A stretch of DNA of 64,000 bases from the NCBI GenBank assembly GCA_000092065.1, contig CP000587.1; one strand, given 5' to 3'. Below, piece by piece: positions 41,444 to 53,995 of the stretch; positions within the stretch are counted from its first letter, which is position 1; the number at the start of each line of letters is the position of its first letter. A program made the translations under genes and the position numbers. This DNA comes from Ostreococcus lucimarinus. Its lineage: Eukaryota. The notes beneath the pieces are model-generated. The model was not told the DNA's origin and did not search any database. It worked only from the letters and a program-made list of their open reading frames with translations.

Positions 41444-43234
41444 CTATTCGATTTCGTCGCGACTGCGCTTGCCCGACCCGTAGGACGCGAGGAGGACGTC
41501 AACACGCGCGAGCGCCGACTGCATGATCCCAATTTGCCCGGAAAGATACCAACGCGTCGCGTTAGCGACTGAGTGGGTGCTTTCGTGGTGCACCGTGCTC
41601 AGGCGGTGACTGAGCGAACCCTCTGATGCTTGCCGCTCCGCCACTAAATGGCACAGATGCGACCGCAGCTCGCAGAGAACTTTGTACTCGAGTTCGCCGT
41701 CGACGACGGTGTACGGATGGTATCCATCTATCCGTTCACACCACTCCATAAAACGTTGCGGAGCGCTCATGATCCTCATTTGCGTCAATACGCGATCGAG
41801 CGAACCATCGAGCGCGATGCACGCGGGAAGCTCCGTCAAATCGACTCCGCACATTTCCGAAGCGCGCGCGAGCGCTGCTGTTTGTTCCTCGTTCGCTTGG
41901 GACGCGAGCGATGAAAGCACCACGCGATCGTACGGGTTGCTCGGCAGAGTGAACCCGTAATACGCCATTAAGTCGGCGTTGTCTAAACGACCGTACGATA
42001 TAGTGATCGCGTCGCCCGGGCGCGCGCCGCGCGCGAGTTCTAGTCGAAACGCGCGCGTTCCGCGCTCCAATGACGTGTATCGCACGGAGTGCGCGTACAA
42101 CGCGTGATTACACAAAAACACGCCGGGAACGATAACCTCGTAAATTTGCAAAGTCTGAGGATCCTGCACCTTCATGGCGTACGACGTCCAAATGTCGTAC
42201 GCTAAAGCGAATCGCGAGTAATCGCCGAATACGCTCGCGGGAAACGCCTCCGGCACTTGTTCGCACAACGCCGGGAACAACGCGTCGTACTGCACTCGTA
42301 CTTTTCGCTGGTAATCGATCAATCGTTCGACTTGATCGTGGTCCATGACGAGTCGCATGGTGTCCACATCCCACGCCAACGCGGTGCACGGCGCGCGCGG
42401 AAGCGCGCGCAGCGTCGGCGCCCACGCTTCGTACAGGCGCGAGTCCTGGCCGCTCATCGCCGCCGCGAGCCATATCGTCATGATGATTTGATCGCCCATC
42501 GCCGTGAGTTGTTTCAAAACCTCACAAATCGGCGCGGACGATGAAAGCACCGCCTGCTCGACGCCGAGCAACGCGTCCCAAGGCACGCGCGCCGCCGCGT
42601 CGCCCGCGTCGACGGCGGCGCTCGCGCGCGCCTCTCGCATCCCCCCTTCGCTGACGTTCGCCACGAACTTAAACATCGCCCCTCGTTGCGTCGCCCAGAG
42701 AAACATCTCATCGCACGCGTCGTCACGCGCGGCGTTCGTCGTCGACGCAGCGCCCGCGAGCCCAGACAACGCGCGCGTCGCCTCCATTTTAAGCGTCTCA
42801 AGCGCGATTTCCGCCGCGCGGCGTCCATCCTCACCGATCGCCGATCCCGCGATCGCGTCGGCCAGCGCGCGCATCGCCAGCGCGTACGCCGCCGTGTCTC
42901 GTCCCGGCGACGCGCGCGCGTCGAGCGTCGCGTCTCCAGGATCCACGCCCTCGCGCGTCCTCGCGAACGCCTCGTCCGCCGCTCGCAGCGCGCGCGTCGC
43001 GTCCTCGATCGTCGCGCCGCGATGTTCGCGCGCGCCTCCCGCGCTCGCGCACCGCGCGATCGTCATCAACGCGCGCACTTTCTCCGCGATCCACCGTTCG
43101 CCGTCGTCCCTCGAGCTCGCTCGCGCGTCGTCTCGCGCGTCGAACGTCACCGCATTCGTCGCGAGCGTCGCGCGCGCGAGCTCGAGCGCGAACGCGTCGT
43201 CGACGCCGACGGCGATCTCGCACGCGACGGGCAT
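41444..43234 (-). CDS. SET-domain lysine methyltransferase (Rubisco LSMT / SETD3-like)
   Basis: ATG at 43234. SET C-terminal motifs are present (VFLCNHALYAHSVRYT, ITISYGRLDNADLMAYYGF) with a substrate-binding-like tail. Its stop lies 19 bp from the SepSecS stop. Confidence 0.55.
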   Translation of the reverse strand: MPVACEIAVGVDDAFALELARATLATNAVTFDARDDARASSRDDGERWIAEKVRALMTIARCASAGGAREHRGATIEDATRALRAADEAFARTREGVDPGDATLDARASPGRDTAAYALAMRALADAIAGSAIGEDGRRAAEIALETLKMEATRALSGLAGAASTTNAARDDACDEMFLWATQRGAMFKFVANVSEGGMREARASAAVDAGDAAARVPWDALLGVEQAVLSSSAPICEVLKQLTAMGDQIIMTIWLAAAMSGQDSRLYEAWAPTLRALPRAPCTALAWDVDTMRLVMDHDQVERLIDYQRKVRVQYDALFPALCEQVPEAFPASVFGDYSRFALAYDIWTSYAMKVQDPQTLQIYEVIVPGVFLCNHALYAHSVRYTSLERGTRAFRLELARGARPGDAITISYGRLDNADLMAYYGFTLPSNPYDRVVLSSLASQANEEQTAALARASEMCGVDLTELPACIALDGSLDRVLTQMRIMSAPQRFMEWCERIDGYHPYTVVDGELEYKVLCELRSHLCHLVAERQASEGSLSHRLSTVHHESTHSVANATRWYLSGQIGIMQSALARVDVLLASYGSGKRSRDEIE

Positions 43235-43515
43235 CGGCGCGTCGCGCGTCGTTCGTCGAGTCCCGGTCGCGTCGCGCGCGCGTCGCGGCGGGCCGCCTCG
43301 CGCGCGCGCCGCCGTGCGACGTCGCGCCGCCGTCGCGCGTCGGCGGGTCGGCGGCGCGCGCGTCCCGCGACGTTTCGCCTCCCCGCGACGATGGCGCGAT
43401 CGCGGCGTGCGCGGTGACGCCGGAAGGGCGCGCTCGGACGACGCGCGCCACCTCGCGACGACCCGCGTCGTTCGCGTCGCCGCGCGTCGTCCATCGACGT
43501 CGCGGCGCGACGCGG

Positions 43516-44082
43516 ATGACGCGCGAGACGCGCGAGACGCGCGAGACGCGCGCGAGACGCGCGAAGACGCGCGCGAACGACGGTTCGACCAAGGCTGGCG
43601 ACGCGAGCGCGAACGCGCGGACGCTCGTGACGTTCGGGTTCGGGTCGATGTCGCGAAAATACGCCGAGCGCGCGCGCGCGTCGCCGTCGTCGTCGCCGTC
43701 GCCGTCGTCGACGCGGGACGGGCGTCGCGCGGCGTCGAGCGAAGACGCGCGCGCGCGCGGCGTCGCGTGTCGCGTGTGCCTCGAGCCGGGCGACGACGAC
43801 GACAAGGGTCCGCTCGAATCGCTCGGGTGCGACTGCGCCGCGGACGTTAGATTCGCGCACGAATCGTGCGCCGCGCGTTGGTTCGCGCCCAAGACTCGCG
43901 GCGTGGCCGTCGGACGCGCCTTGGCGCGCGAGTGGTCGTTGACGTGGTCGTGCGCGTGCGAAATCTGCGGCGCCGCGCTCTCGCGCGACGTCACGCGTCG
44001 CGTCGTGCGCTTCGCGAAGCGCGCCGTTCGCGAGTTCGACGTTCGCTCGTCCTCGTCGTCGGATCGACGCCCGTCGGATTGA
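43516..44082 (+). CDS. RING-CH (MARCH-type C4HC3) zinc-finger protein, tentative
   Basis: CRVCLEPGDDDDKGPLESLGCDCAADVRFAHESCAARWF...WSCACEICGA. The ORF start at 43414 is GTG; the first ATG is at 43516 (MTRETRETRETR, encoded by a 9-mer tandem repeat). Confidence 0.4.
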   Translation: MTRETRETRETRARRAKTRANDGSTKAGDASANARTLVTFGFGSMSRKYAERARASPSSSPSPSSTRDGRRAASSEDARARGVACRVCLEPGDDDDKGPLESLGCDCAADVRFAHESCAARWFAPKTRGVAVGRALAREWSLTWSCACEICGAALSRDVTRRVVRFAKRAVREFDVRSSSSSDRRPSD

Positions 44083-44122
44083 CGACGCGATTGATGACGC
44101 GCGCGTCGTCATTCAATCAACG

Positions 44123-44142
44123 CAATCAATCAATCAATCAAT
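44123..44142. repeat. (CAAT)5 microsatellite upstream of the UBA1 gene
   Basis: caatcaatcaatcaatcaat lies about 105 bp upstream of ATG 44248. Confidence 0.9.
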
Positions 44143-44247
44143 CGACGCACCCATCGAATCGAACGACGAAACCCATCGCGCGCGCCTCGACGGCGATCTC
44201 TCTCGAGCGCGCGTCACTCGCCGACGCGACGCGCCGAGCGGTCGTAC

Positions 44248-47200
44248 ATGCCGTTGAAAGAGAACGCATCGACGACGCGCACCGACGACGCGACGCACGC
44301 CGACGAGGACGCGAAACGCTTGAAAAAGTCGCGCGCGCGAGACGCGAGCGCGGTCGAGGCGCGATCGATGACGACCGAAGATGCCGCCGTGACGGCGATG
44401 GAGATCGACGAGGACCTGCACTCGCGACAGCTCGCGGTGTACGGACGAGAGAGCTTTCGAAAACTCGCGAGCGCGCGGGTGTTGGTGATCGGGGCGCGAG
44501 GTTTAGGGTGCGAGATCGCGAAGAATGTCGTCTTGGCGGGCGTGCGCGCGGTGAGCGTGTGCGACTCGGGGGCGTGCGAGGCGGCGGACGCGAGCGCGCA
44601 GTTTTACGTGGACGAAGCGAGCGTGAAGGCAAACGTGACGCGCGCGCGGGCGAGCGTGGGGAAGTTGCAGGAGCTGAATCCGGCGGTGGAGGTGAACTGC
44701 GTGGAGACTTGCGACGAAGACGCCGTCAAGGCGCACTCCGTGGTGGTGTGCGCCGGGGAGACGTCCGAGGCGGAGGCGGTGGCGATTAACGCCATGTGCC
44801 GGGCGAATAACGTGGCGTTTATTAAGACGGACGTGCGAGGGGTGTTCGGAAACGTGTTTTGCGACTTTGGTGACGCGTTCAACGTCTTGGACGTGGACGG
44901 CGAGGAGGCGCTGTCGTGCATCGTGGCGAGCGTGTCAAACGATTCTCCGGCGCTCGTCACGTGCATCGAAGACGAACGCGTGGAGTTGCAAGACGGCCAG
45001 CGAGTGACGTTTAGCGAGGTGCGAGGGATGACTGAACTGAACGGGCTGTCGGTCGTGGTTAAAAACGTGAAGAAGCATTCGTTTGAGCTCGACTTGGACA
45101 CGAGCGCGTTTTCGCCCTACGTCGGCGGCGGCATCGCGACGCAAGTCAAAGAAACGAAGACGCTCAAGTTTGCCTCGTACGCGGACTCGCTCGAGTCCCC
45201 AGGGGACTTTTTGTTGAGCGATTTCGCCAAGATGGAACGCTCGCCCCAGTTGCACTTGGCCTTCGGCGCGCTCGACGCGTACGTCGCCAAGCACGGCGCG
45301 TCGCCGACGCCGGGTTCCGACTCGGATGCTGAAAAATTCGTCGCCGAAGCGGAAGCGTTGAACGCGACGCGTAAAGCGGTGGATGAAGTTGACAAGGACT
45401 TGTTAAAGACGTTTTCGAAGACGTGCCGAGGTCACGTCTCGCCCATGGCGGCGATGTTTGGCGGCATCGTCGGCCAAGAAGTCGTCAAGGCGTGCACGGG
45501 CAAGTTCCACCCGTTGTTCCAATGGTTTTACTTTGATTCCGTCGAAAGCTTGCCCGAGACGTTGACCGAAGAAGACCTCGCGCCGCGAGGTGATCGCTAC
45601 GACGGTCAAGTCATGTGCTTCGGGACGAAGATGCAGGACAAAATTCTCAGTCAAAAGATTTTCCTCGTCGGCGCCGGCGCGCTCGGTTGCGAGTTTTTGA
45701 AAAACTTTGCGTGCATGGGGTTGTCGTGCGGTCCGAGCGGTGGTGTGACGGTGACGGACGACGACGTTATTGAGAAGTCAAACTTGTCCCGTCAATTCTT
45801 GTTCCGCGACTGGAACATCGGTCAAGGCAAGAGCGTGTGCGCCTCGAACGCGGCCAAGGTGATCAATCCGAACCTCAACGTCACCGCGCTCGAGAACCGC
45901 GTGAGCCCGGACACGGAGGACGTTTTCGACGATGGATTCTGGGAAGGCCTGGATGTGGTCGTGAACGCTCTGGATAACGTAAACGCGCGGTTGTACGTAG
46001 ACAGTCGATGCGTGTACTTCCAAAAGCCGCTGCTCGAGAGCGGGACTCTCGGCACGAAGTGCAACACTCAAATGGTCATTCCGAACATGACAGAGAACTA
46101 TGGTGCTTCTCGTGACCCTCCGGAGAAGAGCGCGCCGATGTGCACGCTGCACTCGTTCCCGCACAACATCGATCACTGCTTGACGTGGGCGCGAAGCGAA
46201 TTCGAAGGTGCATTCGAGAAGGCTCCCGCCGAGGCCAACTCTTATTTGTCCAAGCCAGAGGAATACGCCGCGGCGGCGCTGTCGAACCCCGATGCTTCCG
46301 CGCGAGAGAATGTCGAAAAGGTTGCGCAAGTGTTGTTGAAGACGGCATGCTCCACGTATGACGAATGCATCGCTTGGGCGCGCACGCAGTTCCAAGAGCA
46401 ATTCCACGACAAGATTTTACAGCTCACGTTTACGTTTCCCGAAGACGCCGTCACGTCGACGGGTTCACCTTTCTGGAGCGCACCGAAGCGTTTCCCGCGA
46501 CCAGTCATATTTTCCACCTCGGACGCTTCGCACATGACGCTCATCCGCGCCATGGCGAACCTCAAAGCGGAGCTCTCTGGGATCGCGCGACCGGCGGCGG
46601 GAGTCAACGACGACGCCGCGCTCGTGCAGCTCGTCGACAAGGTGGCCGTCGCTCCTTTCGAACCGAAGAAGGGCATCAAGATCGAGACCGACCCCAAGGC
46701 GAACACCGCCGCTTCGAGCATTCCTGAAGGTATCGACGACGAGGCTGTGATCAAGGACGTGTTGGCCAAGCTCGAAACGAAGCGAGCGGGCTTGGGAGGA
46801 GATTACAGACTCAACGTCATCGAGTTTGAGAAGGACGACGACACAAACTTTCACATGGACGCCATCGCTGGTCTTTCCAACATGCGTGCGCGCAACTATG
46901 ACATCGGTGAGGTCGATAAACTCAAAGCAAAGTTTATCGCGGGGAGAATTATTCCAGCCATCGCGACGACGACGGCGATGGCGACGGGTTTGGTGTGCCT
47001 CGAATTGTACAAGGTGTTCAAAGGCGCGAAGATTGAGGCGTATCGCAACACGTTCGCCAACCTCGCGCTCCCGCTGTTCGCCATGGCGGAGCCCATCGCG
47101 GCCAAGCAAGACAAATTCAAAGACTTGTCGTGGAGCATGTGGGACCGATGGATCTTGGAGGGCGATTTCACGGTTCAACAAGTCTTGGACCACTTCGAGG

Positions 47201-47427
47201 CCAAGGGCCTGATCGCGTACTCCATGTCCGTCGGCGCGAGTTTGGTTTATAACAATATTTTCCCCAAACACAAGGAGCGTTTGAACCAAAAACTCAGCGA
47301 GTTGGTGCAAACCGTGGCGAAGATGGAAATTCCCGCCAAGCGTCGACACTTCGACATCGTCGTCGCGTGCGAAGACGACGAAGGCGAAGACGTCGACATC
47401 CCGATGGTGTCCATTCGCTTTAGATGA
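44248..47427 (+). CDS. UBA1: Ubiquitin-activating enzyme E1 (UBA1)
   Basis: ATG at 44248. About 1059 aa, with two ThiF/MoeB repeats (VLVIGARGLGCEIAKNVVLAGV, IFLVGAGALGCEFLKNFACMG), a catalytic Cys region and a C-terminal ubiquitin-fold domain. Confidence 0.9.
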   Translation: MPLKENASTTRTDDATHADEDAKRLKKSRARDASAVEARSMTTEDAAVTAMEIDEDLHSRQLAVYGRESFRKLASARVLVIGARGLGCEIAKNVVLAGVRAVSVCDSGACEAADASAQFYVDEASVKANVTRARASVGKLQELNPAVEVNCVETCDEDAVKAHSVVVCAGETSEAEAVAINAMCRANNVAFIKTDVRGVFGNVFCDFGDAFNVLDVDGEEALSCIVASVSNDSPALVTCIEDERVELQDGQRVTFSEVRGMTELNGLSVVVKNVKKHSFELDLDTSAFSPYVGGGIATQVKETKTLKFASYADSLESPGDFLLSDFAKMERSPQLHLAFGALDAYVAKHGASPTPGSDSDAEKFVAEAEALNATRKAVDEVDKDLLKTFSKTCRGHVSPMAAMFGGIVGQEVVKACTGKFHPLFQWFYFDSVESLPETLTEEDLAPRGDRYDGQVMCFGTKMQDKILSQKIFLVGAGALGCEFLKNFACMGLSCGPSGGVTVTDDDVIEKSNLSRQFLFRDWNIGQGKSVCASNAAKVINPNLNVTALENRVSPDTEDVFDDGFWEGLDVVVNALDNVNARLYVDSRCVYFQKPLLESGTLGTKCNTQMVIPNMTENYGASRDPPEKSAPMCTLHSFPHNIDHCLTWARSEFEGAFEKAPAEANSYLSKPEEYAAAALSNPDASARENVEKVAQVLLKTACSTYDECIAWARTQFQEQFHDKILQLTFTFPEDAVTSTGSPFWSAPKRFPRPVIFSTSDASHMTLIRAMANLKAELSGIARPAAGVNDDAALVQLVDKVAVAPFEPKKGIKIETDPKANTAASSIPEGIDDEAVIKDVLAKLETKRAGLGGDYRLNVIEFEKDDDTNFHMDAIAGLSNMRARNYDIGEVDKLKAKFIAGRIIPAIATTTAMATGLVCLELYKVFKGAKIEAYRNTFANLALPLFAMAEPIAAKQDKFKDLSWSMWDRWILEGDFTVQQVLDHFEAKGLIAYSMSVGASLVYNNIFPKHKERLNQKLSELVQTVAKMEIPAKRRHFDIVVACEDDEGEDVDIPMVSIRFR

Positions 47428-47679
47428 GAATACGTTTGATTTCCCGCAAACGTGACGACGACGACTATGACGACTATTACGACGACCACGACGATTTGTT
47501 ATGATACGTTTACACGCACAGACGATGTCGCGCGCGTCGTTTCCGTTCATACGCCGTGATCGATCGTCGCGTCCGCGCGTCTCGCCGCGTCCTACAGCCT
47601 CGCGGAGAGCGACGAAAAAGTGCCCGATCGTCGACCGTCGATCGTCACTGCGAGTCGGTGCCGTCGTCGCGAAGACGCG

Positions 47680-48819
47680 ATGCCGACGGTGTCGATGACG
47701 ACGCACGCGCGATTCGCGTCCAACGCGCATGCGGCGCGCGCGCCGCGACGGCCGCGCGCGCGCGCGAACCCGCGCGCGCGTCGACAGGGGAACGGCGGCG
47801 ATTCGGCGCGACGCGCGGTGAGCGATGGCGGCTTAGATGCGGCGAGAGAGGCGGCGAGAGAGCGCGACGTGGCGGCGAAGTGGGCGGGCGGCGCGTCCAA
47901 GGCGTCCTCGTCGTCGTCGCCGTCGCCGTCGCTCGTGGACCGAGCGAAACGTGCCGCGGGACGGGCAAAGACTGGGGAAGACGCGTCGACCTCGAGCGGG
48001 GAAGGATTCGAGGGCGAGAGCTGTTTGCTTGGCGATGGGATTTGGGAACGACTGCGCGAAGAGGCGAAAACGGATCTCGAAGGTGAACCCGCGCTGGCGA
48101 GTTATTTGTATTCCACCGTGTTGGCGCACAAGAGCATCGAGGACGTCTTGGCGTTTGTGCTCGCGAACAAGCTGCGAAACAACGTGTTGTTGGATTCGCA
48201 ATTGCTCGAGCTCTTCAGTTCACAGTATAAAAAGTACCCCGAGCTCGGCAAAAAGTGTTTAGCGGACATGCAAGCGGTGTACGAACGCGATCCCGCGTGC
48301 GATAGGTATTTGGCCATCGTGCTGTTCTTCAAAGGGTTCCAAGCCATTCAGGCGCAACGCGTGGCGCACTCGCTCTGGCTGGAAGACCGCAAAGCGTTGA
48401 GTTTTTTGCTACAGAATCGAATCTCGGAAGTTTTCCACGTCGACATTCACCCGGGCGCGGTGTTGGGTCAAGGGATGATGATGGATCACGCCACGGGCGT
48501 CGTCATCGGTGAGACGGCCGTGGTCGGAGAAAACGTCTCCATTCTCCACGGCGTCACTTTGGGCGGGACCGGTACGTCACAGGGCGATCGACACCCTAAA
48601 GTTGGAGACGGCGTCGTTATCGGCGCGAACGTCACGATTTTAGGGAATATCAACGTAGGCGCCGACACAAAAATCGGCGCCGGCTCGGTGGTGCTCGACG
48701 ACATACCCGAAGGGTCCACCGCCGTGGGTATTCCTGCTAAAGTCATCAACCGCGGCGCACCGCAGCAACCATCGCTGTCGATGGACCAAACGTCCTACAT
48801 CACGGACTACTTTATCTGA
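47680..48819 (+). CDS. Serine O-acetyltransferase (SAT/CysE), organelle-targeted
   Basis: The ORF start at 47620 is GTG; ATG is at 47680 (MPTVSMTT..., R-rich presequence). The SAT N-domain and hexapeptide repeats are present (DIHPGAVLGQGMMMDHATGVVIGETAVVGENVSILHGVTLGGTG...GDRHPKVGDGVVIGANVTILGNINVG). Confidence 0.85.
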   Translation: MPTVSMTTHARFASNAHAARAPRRPRARANPRARRQGNGGDSARRAVSDGGLDAAREAARERDVAAKWAGGASKASSSSSPSPSLVDRAKRAAGRAKTGEDASTSSGEGFEGESCLLGDGIWERLREEAKTDLEGEPALASYLYSTVLAHKSIEDVLAFVLANKLRNNVLLDSQLLELFSSQYKKYPELGKKCLADMQAVYERDPACDRYLAIVLFFKGFQAIQAQRVAHSLWLEDRKALSFLLQNRISEVFHVDIHPGAVLGQGMMMDHATGVVIGETAVVGENVSILHGVTLGGTGTSQGDRHPKVGDGVVIGANVTILGNINVGADTKIGAGSVVLDDIPEGSTAVGIPAKVINRGAPQQPSLSMDQTSYITDYFI

Positions 48820-49052
48820 GCCGAACGAAGCGCCTAGGCGTCCTTTTGTAATTTTTCACAGCAAAAACAACAAAAAATAACGCTTCGAATATGCCGATAC
48901 CGCCTTCCGCACACCGCGTCTGTCGTCCTCGCGCGCGCAAGACCGCGCGCGCGACGCGCGCGCGAGGACGCAGATCGCGCGCGTGACGCGCGGCGTGTTA
49001 CTTCCGCCGCGCAGCCCTCGCGCGCGCCCCGCGCGTTCTCGTGAGCCCGTGG

Positions 49053-51780
<2,728 letters not shown>

Positions 51781-51840
51781 TTGATTCGCGAATTAACACA
51801 GCACCGTGTAATCGTGTACTTACAACAACATATAGCTTAC

Positions 51841-53139
51841 TTACTTTTTCACCCCGCGAATCATGCCGTATTGCATGAGTTCTTCCCCGAACGCTCGGCG
51901 CATGCGTTCGAGACAAATGATGTCGCGAAGAGTCTTGTACCAAATCTTCGGACGCGTGAATACGGGCAACGGATCGTACACGCCCGCCCAGATCGAGTGT
52001 CTCCAGCTCACAATCGTCTGCTTGGTCCAATCGTCGCCATCGACGTTCTTCATCGCGCCCGTGCCTTCGGCTAACTCGCAATAGTCTTGGATGGAGATGA
52101 AGTACGGATGCGCCCACTCGTCGTAAAGGAACTGCAGCTTGGACTTTTCCTCCTTTGTGAGCGCCGGCGGTGTGTGTCGCTGGCACCACGTCGCGATCAC
52201 GAGCGTGCCTCCGGGCTTCAACACGCGCACCATCTCTTCCACGTACTTTTTCTTATCGGGCATGTGCTCGCCGCTCTCGCACGCCCACACCATGTCAAAC
52301 GTGTCGTCGTCGAACTCCATCGCCAAGGCATCCATGACTTCAAACTTGGCGTTTGGGATGTTTTGCGCCGCCGCCAACGCCGTCGCTCGAGCGGCTTGCT
52401 TCGTCGAAAGCGTGATTCCAGTGACTTCTGCGGTCGCCCCCGCGCACTTTGACGCCAAGCGACGCGTCGCGCCGCCGATGCCGCAACCGACGTCTAAAAT
52501 CTTCCGCGGCTTGGCGCCGCCGTTGTTCGCCTCCGCCTTGCTCCACGCGTACATTTCATCAACAAAGTCCTCTTTCGCTTCGATGAAATCCTTCACGCGA
52601 TGTCCAAAAAGCGTCCCCGCGCCTCGTTTCAAGTCTTCGTCCTTGTAATATCCCAAATGAATGTGTTCGCCCCAATAATACTCTAAAATTTCTTCCTCCG
52701 TCCACGCGTCGTACTCCGCGCCCACGGTGTTCTCTCCCGGCACGTACGTTCGACTCGGGGTGTCTAAGATGGCCTTCGCCTTGGCGACGCCGTACGCCAG
52801 CCCCAATCCCAACCCCGCGGCGCCCAACTGCGCGACGTAATCCACATCCGTCCGTCGCGTGTACGGCGGTCGCAGCGGTCGCGCCGGCGTCGCCGCCACC
52901 GCCACTTGCGCGACGACGTTCGTCGCGTCTCGTCGCGCCGGCATCAACGCCTGCATCTTCGTCGTCGTCGCAATTTTCGCACCCATCGCGAGCGATTCGC
53001 CAGAAATAGCATCGTCGCCGCCGTCCCCGACCGCGGCTCTGCGCGTCGACGCGCCGCGCGCTGAGATCGTCGCGCGCGTCGTCGCGCGCGTCGTCGCGCG
53101 CGTCGTCGCGCGCGTCGTCGTCGTCTTCATCGCGCGCAT
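51841..53139 (-). CDS. Gamma-tocopherol methyltransferase (VTE4)-like SAM-dependent methyltransferase, plastid presequence
   Basis: Motifs: LEYYWGEHIHLGYY, ILDVGCGIGGATRRLASK, DMVWACESGEHMPDKKKYVEEMVRVLKPGGTLVIATWCQR. The ORF start at 53208 is GTG; ATG is at 53139 (MRAMKTTTTRATTRATTRAT, encoded by a 12-mer tandem repeat). Confidence 0.7.
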   Translation of the reverse strand: MRAMKTTTTRATTRATTRATTRATISARGASTRRAAVGDGGDDAISGESLAMGAKIATTTKMQALMPARRDATNVVAQVAVAATPARPLRPPYTRRTDVDYVAQLGAAGLGLGLAYGVAKAKAILDTPSRTYVPGENTVGAEYDAWTEEEILEYYWGEHIHLGYYKDEDLKRGAGTLFGHRVKDFIEAKEDFVDEMYAWSKAEANNGGAKPRKILDVGCGIGGATRRLASKCAGATAEVTGITLSTKQAARATALAAAQNIPNAKFEVMDALAMEFDDDTFDMVWACESGEHMPDKKKYVEEMVRVLKPGGTLVIATWCQRHTPPALTKEEKSKLQFLYDEWAHPYFISIQDYCELAEGTGAMKNVDGDDWTKQTIVSWRHSIWAGVYDPLPVFTRPKIWYKTLRDIICLERMRRAFGEELMQYGMIRGVKK

Positions 53140-53223
53140 CGTCGTCGTCGTCGTCGAGTGTCGTCGCGCGCATCGTTCGACGATCGCTTTTTCGCGCAGC
53201 CGCACCACGTCAGCGCGGGGTCG

Positions 53224-53239
53224 ATTGATTGATTGATTC
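53224..53239. repeat. (GATT)4 microsatellite in the divergent VTE4-like / FKBP promoter
   Basis: gattgattgattgatt. This is the same repeat unit (reverse complement) as the (CAAT)5 at 44123. Confidence 0.9.
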
Positions 53240-53328
53240 GTGCGCGACCGCGATTCCGCGACGCGTCCGAGCGCGCGGTCTCGCGGATCGGTATCCGCGC
53301 CGAAGCGTTCTCAGTCTCCGCTCGAGCG

Positions 53329-53931
53329 ATGCTTCGCGCGCCGTCGCGCGCGACGCCCTCGCGCGTCGTCGCGGCGCGCTCGAATCGTCACCGACGCCGA
53401 CACCGTGTCGGCGCGCGCGCGTCGGCGCGCGAGACGCCGAAGAACGGCGAGCGAGTGACGCTGCACTATAAGATGACGCTCAACGACGGCACCGTGATCG
53501 ACGACACGCGAAGCGACGCGAGACAGGGACAGCCCGTGACGATCACGCTCGGGGACGATTCGCTCTTCGCGCGCATCGGCGAAGAGTTGGCGACGATGAC
53601 GCCGGGAGACGTGCGAGAGAACGTGACGCTCGCGGCGAAAGACGCGTTCGGCGAGCGAGACGACGCGAAAGTGCAGCGGTTTCCGCTGTCGCCGGAAGAG
53701 GCGCAATCGATGGCGTCGCAAGTCCAAGTGGGACAACTCGTGCAACTGCCGGACGGCGCGCGCGCGCTGTGCCTGGGGCTCGACGGAGAGAGCGTGACGC
53801 TCGATCTCAATCACCCGCTCGCGGGGCAAGATTTATGCTTCGAGCTCGAGCTCGTGTCCATCGCCGAGGGCTTGAACATTTTCGGCACGCCCATGGTGTC
53901 GTTCACCCCGCCTCAGCCCGCGTCGCGTTGA
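53329..53931 (+). CDS. FKBP-type peptidyl-prolyl isomerase (SlyD-like FKBP domain), organelle presequence
   Basis: The ORF start at 53233 is TTG; ATG is at 53329 (MLRAPSRATPSR). Motifs: GERVTLHYKMTLNDGTVIDDT, GQPVTITLG, TLDLNHPLAGQDLCFELELV. Confidence 0.6.
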   Translation: MLRAPSRATPSRVVAARSNRHRRRHRVGARASARETPKNGERVTLHYKMTLNDGTVIDDTRSDARQGQPVTITLGDDSLFARIGEELATMTPGDVRENVTLAAKDAFGERDDAKVQRFPLSPEEAQSMASQVQVGQLVQLPDGARALCLGLDGESVTLDLNHPLAGQDLCFELELVSIAEGLNIFGTPMVSFTPPQPASR

Positions 53932-53995
53932 CGTAGTATGGCGCGTCGCGTTGTGATAAACACGCTCCACTCGTTGACTCGCGCGCGCTCGATCG

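Noticed and set aside
43391-43420. ATG at 43391 as the start of the RING-CH gene.
   Set aside because: It is in a different frame and hits a stop after 8 codons. The RING-CH frame's first ATG is at 43516.
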